From NCBI RefSeq assembly GCF_009914755.1, contig NC_060941.1: a DNA stretch of 64,000 nucleotides; one strand, 5' to 3'. The translations under genes were made by a program, and so were the position numbers. Below are positions 15,114 through 39,240 of the stretch, one piece after another (within the stretch, counting starts at the first letter, position 1; the number at the start of each line of letters is the position of its first letter). Source of the stretch: the human T2T-CHM13v2.0 reference genome, Homo sapiens. Below the pieces are notes generated by a model. It was not told where the DNA came from, made no database searches, and was given only the letters and a program-made list of their open reading frames with translations.

Positions 15114-15662
15114 TGTTACCGGAAAGGGGTCCCAGTGCAGACCCCAAGAGAGGGTTCTTGGATTTTGTGCAAGAATTCAGGGCAAGTCCACAGTGCAAAG
15201 AGAAAGCAAGTTTATTAAGAAAGTAAAGGAATAAAAGAATGACTACCCCATAGACAGAGCAGCCTTGAGGGCTGCTGGTTGTCCATTTTTATGGTTATTT
15301 CTTGATTATATGCTAAACAAGGGGTGGATTATTCATGCCTCCCCTTTTTAGATCCTATAGGATAACTTTCTCATGTTGCCATGGCATTTGTAAACTGTCA
15401 TGGCACTGGTGGGAATGTGGCAATGAGGATGACCAGAGGTCGCTCTGGTTGCAATCTTGGTTTTGGTGGGTTTTAGCCACCTTCTTTACTGCGTCCTGTT
15501 TTATCAGCAAGGTCTTCAAGACCTGTGTCTTGTGCCGACCTCCTCTCTCATCCTATGGCTTAGAATGCCTAACTGTCTGAGAATGCAGCCCAGTAGGTCT
15601 CAGCTTTATTTTACCCAACCCCTATTCAAGATGGAGTTGCTCTGGTTCAAATGCCTCTGACA
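15114..15662 (-). mobile_element. MER41A solo LTR
   Basis: tgttaccggaaaggggtccc...caagatggagttgctctggttcaaatgcctctgaca; 549 bp; taat/caat flanks; lacks the MER41B GAS segment. Confidence 0.85.
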
Positions 15663-16079
15663 CAATGACCAAAGACTATATTGAATCATGTATGGTCAGT
15701 AGATTGTTAGTTTGTAAAAGCCCTGAATTTTACATCTTTATAATTCCCATTCAACTCAGAGCTGGCTATATTAAGTGCCATTTTTATAGCCAAATAGTTT
15801 TATTTTTGTTGCATATTTAAGGGATTTTTCAAATGTTTTTCTCTATTAAAATGCATTGTAGCTTACCTACTTTGCAATGTGGAATGGAATTAATGCTGAA
15901 TTAGTAGATAGAAAATTTGTGTTCTAGGTCCCACCCCATTACTTCCTAAATATAACTAGGGCTAATTCACTTAACTCAATTTTCTCATCTATAAAATGGG
16001 TACAATCATACTTCATCTTTACCTATGTCTACTATTCAGCATGCATTCTTAGAGTTTTTCCATTTAAATTGTGTTGTGG

Positions 16080-16206
16080 TTTTTCTTATTTGTTTGAGAC
16101 AGGGTTTCTCGTTACGTTGCCCAGTCTAGACTCAAACTCCTGCTCTCAAGTGATCCTCTCACCTCAGCCTCCCAAGTAGCTGGGACTACAGACACATTCC
16201 ACTGCA
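16080..16206 (-). mobile_element. FLAM monomer
   Basis: Alu left-monomer motifs. Confidence 0.75.
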
Positions 16207-16529
16207 TTTAAATAGATTTTAAAGGCCATTAAATAATTTGGAAAAAAATAATTTCAAGCATAGCATTCCTAACAAGTAAGCTGCTATTAGCTGCTCCTTA
16301 CAGGTTGTTGTAAAGTTTAAAAGACAGCGTGTACATAAAGACAATGTCTAGCACATAATAAATTTTGAATAAATAGAAAGTAATAGGATAGAGGTAGAAT
16401 TTTCTATTGTCCTGTTTCCCTGATCCCATTTAAGTAAATATTTAATTAATTCTTGTACATTCTCCACAGGCCTTTGCTTATGAATTCCTGTCAGTAAGAA
16501 ATTATAGCTTAAGGATGAGCTTGCTGTCA

Positions 16530-16710
<181 letters not shown>

Positions 16711-16956
16711 ATGACAGAAGCTAACTAATCAGATGTTAGGGATATTATAGAGAGAATCCCTACCTGTAAATTGAAAGTTGGCCAGATGACTTCTGTGGTT
16801 CCTTCCAATTCTATGATTTTGCTTTAATACATATAGTACCTATCTCTCAGGGTTTAACTGAGAGCTTTAAGGGCTGAGATAGTATATGGGAAAACCATTT
16901 GTAAACATAAAGTACTATACAAATATGTGGTATTATTATATAAGACTAGTAAACTA

Positions 16957-17310
<354 letters not shown>

Positions 17311-18599
17311 TCATTGAAAATTAAAAGATACACATAATGTATTGAGGTGTTTTTTGTTTTTTGTTTTGGTGAGGCCTAGAATTTATTATATTATAATCGT
17401 TGCCATTGTTTGTTATCTATTTATGTTTGTTTTCTTAGCTAAGAGGATTGTAGCACTTTTTTATGTAGCATACATTCTCCTATTTCTTCCATTACATTTA
17501 CTCTGTGACAGTTTTTCCTAAGGCAATGCCCAGATGTGTTGTGGTTAAGGTTATAATTCAGCATTTCTATCAAGGAGACATCTTTCTGAAAACTATTTGG
17601 AAATAGACAGTAGCTCTCTGCAATCAAATTCACTCAGCTTGATGCCACTACTCTTGGTTTAACTTAAGCAGCACAGAACCAATTTTATGGTGAATTCAGA
17701 AGAGAAGCTATTGCTGGAAAATAAAATGACTTTGAGCCCTTCTATAGTATTTATCTACTGCCAACTATTTCTTCTCCTCATTATTAGAATAGTACATACT
17801 TTGTACTGTTGTGATTCTTCTGTGTAGAAAAAAGTTTTATAACTCATTTTGTTTTTTTTAGTTTTGTCATTTTTCATTTACTGACCAGATCAGATCTTTT
17901 CAAAGTCAAACTATAATTTTATTCTTTAGTTCCCTATGGAGTAGCATTTAAAGAAAATCATGGTAAATTACTCTATTCTTAGTTGGAATTTTATTTTACA
18001 GCTATGAATAAAAGCATTTTCCTAGATATTTTCCATAGAATTCCTGAAAATAGTTTCTCAGATCTTTCTCAGTATTAAAAGTCAGGCTGAGATTCTCATT
18101 TTGTCCCTAGTTGCTGTAATTTTGTTACTTCCCCCATCAGCATTCCCATTTCTTTTAATTTTTAAAATTCTTTTGGTTTATTTTCTGAGTTTAACAGTGG
18201 GGAATCCATTTGACTGTGCTCACAGCAGGTAGTAAGTACTATGGTAGACACTGGATTGGTTTCTTTGGATGGTTAAAAGAATAAGAGGGTAATTAAGCTT
18301 TTCTGAAGCTGCCAACTGTATTGGAGGTTTGGTGTACATTTAAGGCTTATTTAAAAATAGTTCCTTCAGAAACTGAACATTTAACCAGTAGAATTCCTAA
18401 GGGCATATCGTTTTTATCAGGTAGCGATTACTTAGATTACTAGAATTTGTGTCAAATAGATTTCCTCTTTCATATAAGACTAAGTCTAATGCTGTACTAT
18501 CTCATTCTGACTTGTAATGTTAATTTATGATCTTTAGTAGGGTGCTTTTTACCTACCATAAACTCCCAAATATAGCTTTTTAAAATAATGTGTGCTTTA

Positions 18600-18927
<328 letters not shown>

Positions 18928-19570
18928 TCAGTTACTTTTAAAGATGCAGAATTAGCCAAAGCTTTGCTTCTTGAACTCAAAATCTAAATCTAGATAAAAT
19001 GCAGAAAAGGGATTGCTTTTATGAGCTACAGTTATGAGGTCTAAAATTTTATCTACATAAGCTGGGATGTTGACATGTTTAAAACCCCAAACATTCTGTA
19101 CTGAACCATAAATGGAAGCAGAGCTATAGTCTCCAGAGTTGTAATTTTCCCAGTGGTTTGATTCAGAGTACTTTGAAAAGGTAATTTAAATTTAAATTTG
19201 AAAGGGAGAAATGCCTAAAGGTTTTATGGCTCTCAGAAGATAATGGATAGGAATAGTCATTGTATGTGAGAGAAGGAAGAAAACCATAAGAGAAATGTGG
19301 CATTTAGAAACATGTACTAAACCTGGTGGAAGAATAGAAATTGATAGATGGAAAGAGGTGATGTAGGGAAAATATACAGTCATTGAACTTGAGAGTTCTT
19401 GAATAGTTAACATTCAGCTTTCATTCTATTCATTTAATAAATATTTACTGAGTACCTTCTGTGTGCTTTTTGGCACCGTGGTTTTAAGCAGATAAGTGTC
19501 AATGACATAACTAATTTTAAACTTTCTGTTTTGAAACCATTTTAGATTTACAGCGAGTTGAAAAGATAGA

Positions 19571-19876
<306 letters not shown>

Positions 19877-19949
19877 GATAGAGAGTTCTTTCTCCCAGGT
19901 GCTACATGATTGTGGTACATTACTCAAAACTAAGAATTTACCATTGGCA

Positions 19950-22370
<2,421 letters not shown>

Positions 22371-22373
22371 AAT

Positions 22374-22993
<620 letters not shown>

Positions 22994-23074
22994 TTGAAGT
23001 ACTTTTACAGCTATATAAATAGAATAAATTTCTAATGTTAGGTTGAAATAAATGTGAATTTTGAAAAATATTAG

Positions 23075-24291
<1,217 letters not shown>

Positions 24292-24321
24292 GAGACCCCA
24301 TCTTTTAAAAAAAGAAAAAAA

Positions 24322-24397
24322 GGAAGGAAGGAAGGGAGGGAGGGAGGGAGGAACAAAGGGAAGGAGGGAGGGAAGAATGGAAGGAAAGGTGGAAGGA
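24322..24397 (+). repeat. (GGAA/GGGA)n purine-rich tract
   Basis: Direct reading. Confidence 0.9.
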
Positions 24398-24631
24398 AAA
24401 ATTAGGTATACCAAATTTTTCTTTAAAATTATTTATTTGTCTGAGTGCTGTGGCTCTACAGAAAATTAAAAATTTAGCTGGGTGTGGTGGCACATGCCTG
24501 TAGCTCCAGCTGCTCAAGAGGCTGAGGTGAGAGGATTGCTTGAGCCCAGGAGTTCAAGGTTACAGTCAGCTATGATCACACCACTGCACTCTAACCTGGG
24601 CAACAGAGTTTAGTCCAATAGCATGAGTTTC

Positions 24632-25898
<1,267 letters not shown>

Positions 25899-26130
25899 AT
25901 AGCATGGGTTTCAGAGTTTTGAGGGAGAAAGGAGGGACACTGATCTGTAGGTGGCAATAAGGAGCAAGTCCCTAAAAAAATACATATATATAAATGATTT
26001 CATTAACTTACATTCTCATCAACAGTGTATGGATGTCCTAGTTTCTCTATACTGTTCCTCCTCCCCTCCTCCAACTGGGAATTGTGTGTTAATGTTAAGT
26101 GGTTTGTGTTAAGCTAAATTGCAAAGTATT

Positions 26131-26423
26131 GGCTGGGTGCGATGGCTCATGCCTGTAATCCCAGCACTTTGGGAGGCTGAGATGGGCGGATCACTTGAGG
26201 TCAAGTGTTTGAGACCAGCCTGGCCAACGTGGTGAAACCCTGTCTCTACTAAAAATACAAAAATTAGCTGGGCGTGGTGGCACGTGCCTGTAGTCCCAGC
26301 TACTCGGGAGGCTGAGGCAGGAGAATCCAGGAGGTGGAGTCTGCAGTAAGCCGAGGTTGCACCATTGCACTCTAGCCTGGGTGACAGAGTGAGACTCTTG
26401 TCTAAATTAAAAAAAAAAAAAAA
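26131..26423 (+). mobile_element. AluS
   Basis: TSD gcaaagtatt. Confidence 0.9.
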
Positions 26424-27049
26424 GGCAAAGTATTCTAATTGGTTGATTGGTTGTCTCTGATGAATAGCACTGAAAGAGGAAGGAAGGGTACTATTGCTTT
26501 TCATTATAACTCCCTTTATATTTTTTAATTTTTAATTATGTGCTGGTTATATGAATCATTTAAAATATGTGTGTGCGTGTGTGTGTATGTGTTATAGTGT
26601 GTATATGTAAAGAAGCATAGTCAAATATGATACCCTTAGCATCCATAGCCAATTAATTGTGCTGTGCTGCCAGATTATTTTCCATGTGTGTGTTCATTTC
26701 CTAATAAACTTTGCCATTTCTATTTAATTGAAGAGTAGCTTGAAATTTTAAGAGAAGCTGATTTTTTTTTAAATTACTATTTGTATGGCATTTTTGGAAA
26801 CTGGATTGTCTTCAGTGTAATATAACAAAACCAATTAGCTATTGGGGCTAATATAAAACTGCAGCAGTATCTACAACTTCAGATTTAAGATGTTTGCATT
26901 AATTAAAGCAACCTAATTTTTCTAACTGAATGGACTATAATATGTAAATGTTATATAACTCAAATATATAAAATAAATGTGCACCTAAAAACAAGTTCTT
27001 ATAGCATGAAAATTAAACTCTTGATTTTAAAAATATTGACTAACATTGA

Positions 27050-27520
<471 letters not shown>

Positions 27521-27699
27521 TAGCGATATAATATTTTCAGTCTTTTGGCCTTCTGCAGCTACCTTTCCAAAAAAATTGTGGAATCTTAGTTAAGTGTTTC
27601 GGTTGCAGTTTCCTTTACTGTTACCAGTTACCCAAAATAGATATATCAATCAGGGGCCTTTGTTACTGTAGCAGTGTTACCTCAAATAAATTCATTTAA

Positions 27700-28386
<687 letters not shown>

Positions 28387-28509
28387 CTAGCATTCTTATA
28401 CTATTGTCAGGACTACTTGATATTTGAAAGAAATTATTATATCTATTATATATTATATTACTATTATGTTATCTGAACTCTTAGAGAAGGTATTTGGTTA
28501 CTAACTAAA

Positions 28510-29750
<1,241 letters not shown>

Positions 29751-30100
29751 ACTGAGAAGTAGAAAAAAAGCATTCGATACTCTCAGAAACAATTTTTTTC
29801 CTTATGTATTCCATGAAGAGAAGCAGAGTCAGCAATAACCCCTGAAAGTTAAGTTGCTTGCTTATTATGTTTCTGGCTGGATATAAGTTTTCACAGAACC
29901 AATAGAGATACAACTGGGTTTCTTTATGTTATCATGTTATTTTGTTTTACATACATATTTGGGAAGTTAGCTTGTTTATTCTCAACTCATCATTTAAAAT
30001 TCTGTTAGCTTTGGAAGGTCGTAAAAATGAGATACACTGTCATTATTTTCAATATCAGAAATTCTTCCTGCTATCTCTGTTTTGAAAATTTACTTGTTTT

Positions 30101-30142
30101 GTTTACGGTCATACTACCCTGAACGTGCCTGATCTCGCCTGA
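30101..30142 (+). pseudogene. 5S rRNA retropseudogene, 5' 42 nt only, no tail
   Basis: gtttacggtcatactaccctgaacgtgcctgatctcgcctga versus 5S GTCTACGGCCATACCACCCTGAACGCGCCCGATCTCGTCTGA (36/42); TSD tgaaaatttacttgtt. Confidence 0.88.
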
Positions 30143-30185
30143 AAATTTACTTGTTCTATCACAATTTATAAGAATCAAGTATCTG

Positions 30186-30317
30186 GGCTGGGCGCGGTGG
30201 CTCATGTCTGTAATCCTAGCACTTTGGGAGGCTGAGGCAAGTGGATCACTTAAGTCCAGGAGTTCAAGACCAGCCTGGGCAACATGGGAAAACCCCACCT
30301 CTACAATAAATTAAATG

Positions 30318-30364
<47 letters not shown>

Positions 30365-30555
30365 ACACACACATATACATACAAAAAATTAGCTGGATGT
30401 GGTTGCACACGCCTGTAGTCCTAGCTACTCTGGAGGCTGAGGCAGGAGGATCACTTGAGCCCAGGAGGTCAAGTCTGTAGTGATCTGTAATTGTACCACT
30501 GCTCTCCATATTGGGAGACAGAGTGAGACCCTGTCTCAAAAAAAGAAAAGAAAAA
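30186..30555 (+). mobile_element. AluJ with a (CA)n expansion in the linker
   Basis: Both arms present. Confidence 0.9.
30326..30373 (+). repeat. (CA)n microsatellite
   Basis: Direct reading; one G interruption. Confidence 0.95.
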
Positions 30556-30986
30556 CTGAATAATAAAAAACAGATCTGATGAAAGTTGTAATAAAATACA
30601 TTGCCGTGAATAACATAAAAACTTAATCTTATAAACACTTTGATTAAACTAGAACACAAAGTAGAGATAGGTCAAGGAAGATTTGGTGCAGAAGATAAAG
30701 CCTTAGGTAACAGAGCTTAGGAAATAAGTAAACGAAAAAAATTGTCAGTGAAATAATGGACATATTGGAAGTGCAAAAGGAGAATACACACTTCTGGAAA
30801 ACATAGTAAGGGACATGGGAAGCTAGAGAAAAAAATGAGCAAAATGAAATGGAAATTAACCAAGTGTTTAAAAGGAATAGAGAGCCAATGTAAGATGTAG
30901 AACATGGATAAAGTAGAATAATTGTCTCTGAAGAATAAAGCTCAATAGAAAATAATATTTAAAGATTTTTTAAAGGAAACTATTCA

Positions 30987-31560
<574 letters not shown>

Positions 31561-32066
31561 CTATAGATTGAGAGAGTACATCATGAGCCAGGGAAAATGT
31601 ACATAGAACAATTATAATAAGGCACAACCTAGTCATGTTATTGGACTCCAAAAATTAAAGAATGATTCCAGAAAAAAAGAAAAAAACATATGAGAGGGAG
31701 AAAGATTTGGACTTACTTCAGAATTCTCCTCAGTATATTTCAGTGCCAGAAGACTGTAGGCTTTATAGACTTTATCTATAGTCCTCAAGAAAATAATGTG
31801 TGATCCAAGGTTTTATATCTAGCTTACCTGTTATTTAGGTAAAAAGGCAACAGATGTTTTTGAACATTCAAGAACTCAGAAAATATAATTTCCCTGATGC
31901 CTGTACTGTGCCCAGCCAGCCAAACAAGTGATAAAGAAAATGTCACAAAAGACCTTATGTGAGCATGCAATCCATAAGATTCATGTGGGGCTTACTATTC
32001 CAGAAGAGAATTTACATGTTATAAACTCTGACAGTGTAGGTATTAAATGACCCCAAAGAATTGGGA

Positions 32067-32586
<520 letters not shown>

Positions 32587-32894
32587 CTAAGAACTAATTT
32601 ATTAACATAAATTATAAAAACAAACAAACAAACAAACATGGGATCTGGGAACAGGTGATCCAGCACAGAAGGGCTCCGTAAGGAAGTTCCAGGATATCAT
32701 TTTTATACCAGGCCTAGGCCAGGGAGTTTTCTAGAAAAAAATAAGGACTGGTTTATATGAGCATATGAAAAATATTATTATTGAATGGCATGCCACGATG
32801 TTGGAGCTTTTGGAAAAAGAATACTGATAGGTATGTTGGAAACAAAGCAAATGAAAAAAATAAAGCAGTTAACAACTCCAGGAAAAACAAAATA

Positions 32895-33269
32895 CAGTCA
32901 GGCACCCCACAACAACATTTTAGTCAATAACAGGCCATATATACAATGGTAGTCCCATAAAATTGTAATAGAGCTGCCCTGCTCTATATAGATGTACCGT
33001 TTTTATGTTATACCATATTTTTACTGTACTTTTTCTATGTTTAGTTACACAAATACTTACACTGTGTTAAAACTGCCTACAGTGCTCAGTACAGTAACAC
33101 ACTGTGCACTATTGTCTCTAGGAACAATAGGCTGTACCCTATAGCCTACGTGTGTAGTAGACTATACCATCTGGGTTTATATGAGTATGCTCTATGATGT
33201 TTGCACAATGACAACATCGCCTAATGATGCTCTTCTCAGAACGTATCCCCATTAAGTGACACATGACTG
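32895..33269. mobile_element. Tigger3a/MER7A non-autonomous DNA transposon
   Basis: TA|cagtca...tgactg|TA termini and MER7A internal motifs. Confidence 0.85.
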
Positions 33270-33587
33270 TAATTGTGCAAGAAAAGGAGTTCTTGTATAA
33301 TTAGTCTGCTGTTCAGCAGTTCACACTATTTGTATGGCTATAATAATATTTTAAAACTCACTGATTTAACCAAATATTGGGAGAATTGAGGGAGAGGAGA
33401 GTTGTGTATGTGAGAACAATTACTAAAACTTCATGTTGGTGAAATGATACTGTTAATATTGATAAAGCAAGAAATCGGAAACAACTAAGATGCCTTCTAC
33501 CATGGGGGGAAGATAATAAATCTGATATTTAATATTGATAAATTAAGAAATATCAATATAAACATTTTATTTAGAAAGATGGAAACA

Positions 33588-34182
33588 GGCTGGGTGTAGT
33601 GGATCACACCTGTAATCCCAGCATTTTGGGAGGCCAAGGTGGGTGGATCACCTGAGATCAGGAGTTGGAGACCAGCCTGGCCAACATGGTGAAACTCCAT
33701 CTCTACTAACAATACAAAAATTAGCTGGGCATGGTGGCGGGCGCCAGTAATCCTAGCTACTCAGGAGGCTGAGGCAGGAGAATCGCTTGAACCTGGAAAG
33801 TGGAGGTTTCAGTGAGCCGAGATCGCACCATTGCACTCCAGCCTGGAAGACGAGTGAAACCCTATCTCAAAAGAAAAAAAAAAAAAAAGGCTGGGCGCAG
33901 TGGCTCACGCCTGTAATCCCAATGCTTTGGGAGGCCAAGGCGGGTGGATCATGAGGTCAGGAGTTCAAGACCAGCCTGGCCAAGATGCTGAAACTCCATC
34001 TCTAGTAAATATACAAAAATTAGCTGGATGTGGCGGCACGCGCCTGTAATCCCAGCTACTTCGGAGGCTGACGCAGGAGAATCAAGTGCAACCAGAGGTT
34101 GCAGTGAGCCAAGATCAAGCCACTGCACTCCAGCCTGGGCAACAGAGCAAGACTTCGTATCAAAAAAAAAAAAAAAAAAAAA
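33588..34182 (+). mobile_element. Two tandem AluS elements
   Basis: Outer TSD agatggaaacagg. Confidence 0.9.
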
Positions 34183-34637
34183 AGAGAGATGGAAACAGGG
34201 AGAATGACTAGAAGAGTTGAAGTTGATAGCCTCTGCAGCTTAGAGAAGAATGGGGAAGCGTCTTTCATTATAAGTCTTGTAATAGTACAATTTGACTTTT
34301 TAAAGGAGGTGACTACAATATTTTGACAAAAATAAAAATAATTTAACCAATAAGGGATTATTTCTCTGTGTGTAGTGTGCACAAAAAGTTATGTAAAGCT
34401 ATTTACTGAAGCATTATTTATTTGGTATTAATTACAAATTATATCCTGTAGGTAACAACTCAAGATTATGTTACATGGTACACTGTTTTGTAAATATATT
34501 TATTTTCTACTCTTAAGGAACATTCATTCTAAGGAGTTAGGGAATGGCTTAAACATATATAAATCAGAAAAATAGTAGTTTACCCATTCAGCAAATATGT
34601 ATTGAGCACTGTGTGCCAGGCACTGATCTGGGCACTA

Positions 34638-35338
<701 letters not shown>

Positions 35339-35885
35339 GGCTAGGCTGTATTAGAAGTTGATAATGTCTATGCAAAAAGAAAAAGACATACGGCATAAGA
35401 GGATTCGGAAGTGCAAGGAGAAGAGGAGGAACTATCAAAGGAGACTGAGAAGACAGAACCCTGGGAGTATATAGGAGAATGTGACGTTACAGAAGCTTAG
35501 AGAATAAAGATCATGTCAAGGTAGACGACATGATCAGTAGCCAAATGCTCCTGAATGAAGTGGACCTGAGAATAGACTATTGGATTTAGCAAAAGGAAGG
35601 TCACTTATGTGATGTTGACAAGAGCTGTTTCAGTAAAGATGTGCTATCTAATTTCTTCTCGTCATGGAGAAAGGATGACAAGAAAGATAGTTACCACTAA
35701 GCCCTCTTATTTTTGTGATCTTATAGCAGTAGTCATAGTTTGATCTTTGGTAAATTTGTAACATCTAGATTGCTATTCACAGAAGACTTAGGATAACTTT
35801 GGTTTTGCTTGGATGTGAACCTGATCAGTGTGAGCAAATGGTTGGTAAGATTATACTGTTAGCAGCAGTAGGGAATGAGATTTCT

Positions 35886-36086
35886 TTTTTTTTTAAATTT
35901 TATTATTATTATACTTTAAGTTTTAGGGTACATGTGCACAATGTGCAGGTTAGTTACATATGTATACATGTGCCATGCTGGTGTGCTGCACCCATTAACT
36001 CGTCATTTAGCATTAGGTATATCTCCTAATGCTATCTCTCCCCCCTCCCGCCACCCCACAACAGTCCTCAGAGTGTGATGTTCCCT
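35886..36086 (-). mobile_element. Short 5'-truncated L1PA3-like element
   Basis: Perfect 15-bp TSD gggaatgagatttct at 35871-35885 and 36087-36101. Confidence 0.9.
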
Positions 36087-37088
36087 GGGAATGAGATTTC
36101 TGTTGTGAACCCCAAACCCAGAACTGCAGGAACTAGTCCTTTGGTAGATTACATTATTTAGTTGTAGAAAAACTAATGAAGAGAATCGGTGGTGTGTGGG
36201 CATTGCAATCAGTTGACTCCACGTGGCATTCCTAGAGGTTGCTATAGAAAGAAAGAAAATAGCTTAAATTCAGCCCCAATTTTAATTCCATATAGTCCAC
36301 TAAGAAAAAGAATACTAAGTCAGGTGGAGAACTTGCCTTCATTATTTTTAGCTTAATGTGTTATTCTAGATTTAGAATACCTATGATTAACTGGGATGAG
36401 GGGATGATCAGAAATTCAATATTTAACTGCTGTCATCCTAGCAAGGGCATACTGAGTAGATAGCATCATCATAATATGTGGGCTGAGATGAGGCTGCTCC
36501 AGACGAGTCTCTCTCCAAGTTAATTGATGGAAACTTCCCACCTTCAAGAATTTTTATTACCTTAGCAATGCTATGCCAAGACTGTTGAAACACAGCTGTG
36601 GGTGCTGTGCAGACGCCCACATTGCCAATGTCAGGAAGGATGTACTTTTAAACCTCTAATTTATCTAATAATGTCGTTAGTGATTTGTGTAGGTTTGGCA
36701 TTGTGATGAAAATGCTTCCTGGCTTGGTTTATAACAAGAATTCAGTTTGCAGTCTTAAAATGTATATTGTCTTAATATGCATGTGGAATATACTAACAAG
36801 TCAATACAAAAAGATCTGAATAAAATACTATCCTGTCCATCTAAAGGAACTTATTATCAACCCATGGTATTTGAAAATGAATGCAAATTAAATGTTTTTA
36901 TTCAGTAATAATCTATTTATCTGTTGTGGTTCCTGCTTTATAACAAGATGGCAATATTCAGTGCTGAAAGAGAGCCAGCTTTCATATTCAATCCAATCTG
37001 ACTCCTTTCCTATTCTCTAATGGAAAATACGAATTGATTGGATTGATGTCAGCCTATATAGTGGAGATGGAATAATAAGCTCTTGTAA

Positions 37089-37217
37089 GGCCGGGCGCGG
37101 TGGCTCACGCCTGTAATCCCAGCACTTTGGGAGGCCGAGGTGGGCGGATCATGAGGTCAGGAGATCGAGACCACGGTGAAACCTCGTCTCTAATAAAAAT
37201 ACAAAAAAAAAAAATAA
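37089..37217 (+). mobile_element. AluYd-type left monomer only
   Basis: gagaccacggtgaaacc (12-bp deletion); TSD aataagctcttgtaa. Confidence 0.8.
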
Positions 37218-37314
37218 AATAAGCTCTTGTAAATAAATATTTTAAAAGAGGTAGGAAACAGTACTTTCTTGTTTCAAATATAAAATTTTATAGTAACAAT
37301 ATTGTTTTATATGA

Positions 37315-37995
<681 letters not shown>

Positions 37996-38861
37996 CAAAT
38001 AATACAAAATGTGAAGGATTCTTTCCTAACTAATGGATTCACTGCAAGGATTGATTGCATTTATCAAAATAAATATACATTTAATGTTTCAGAATACACC
38101 CACAGCATAAAGCAGAATATTCCTAATTATTTATAGAAGGAATATATAGCATTTGTTTCTACCCCACTGGACTATGTGAAAACCTTTGGATCTGAAGTGT
38201 GTTTACACTTTTAAGCTGCCTTTGTCCCATCTTTGAAATTAAAAAACCTTATTTGGAATAGAATTATAGAAGTAGAATTTTAGGCCTAGAATTGACTTTA
38301 GAGTTATTTTATTCTAACTTAATTTTCTAGTTGAGGAAATTGAAATCCAGGGACTTTAAGCACCTTTTCTAAGGTTACCCAGCTATAACTAGAACCCACC
38401 TTTCTAACTCCTTATATTTCTGCTCTAATTTCTTGTCTCCAACAAGTTAGTCAAATAGTAATTAAATGGTAAGTTGGCAGAAGTTTTAGGTCTCTCTCGT
38501 GTGTGTGTAACTATGTATTTTCAGGCTCCAAAGTCAATAGTGGTCTGTAATTATTCTTCATATATATATGTTTTTATCTTTGTCATTACATGGAGAAATC
38601 AGTGTTTAAATTATAAGTTAAAGTGATTTCTGAGTATCTGAGGTATCTATGAATACATAAATAATAGTCTTTAATATCTACATATAGGTAACAAGGACCC
38701 ATATATAATTAAGTCCTGCAAGCACTATAGGTGAAGGAAATGCTAAGGATTCTCCTATGACTGGGCCCCATTATGAAATTTAAAGAAATCAGTACTTATC
38801 TAGAGCATAAGAAATGAACATGCTCAGTACTCATAGGCTGTCTATGCTGATACACTAATTC

Positions 38862-39240
<379 letters not shown>

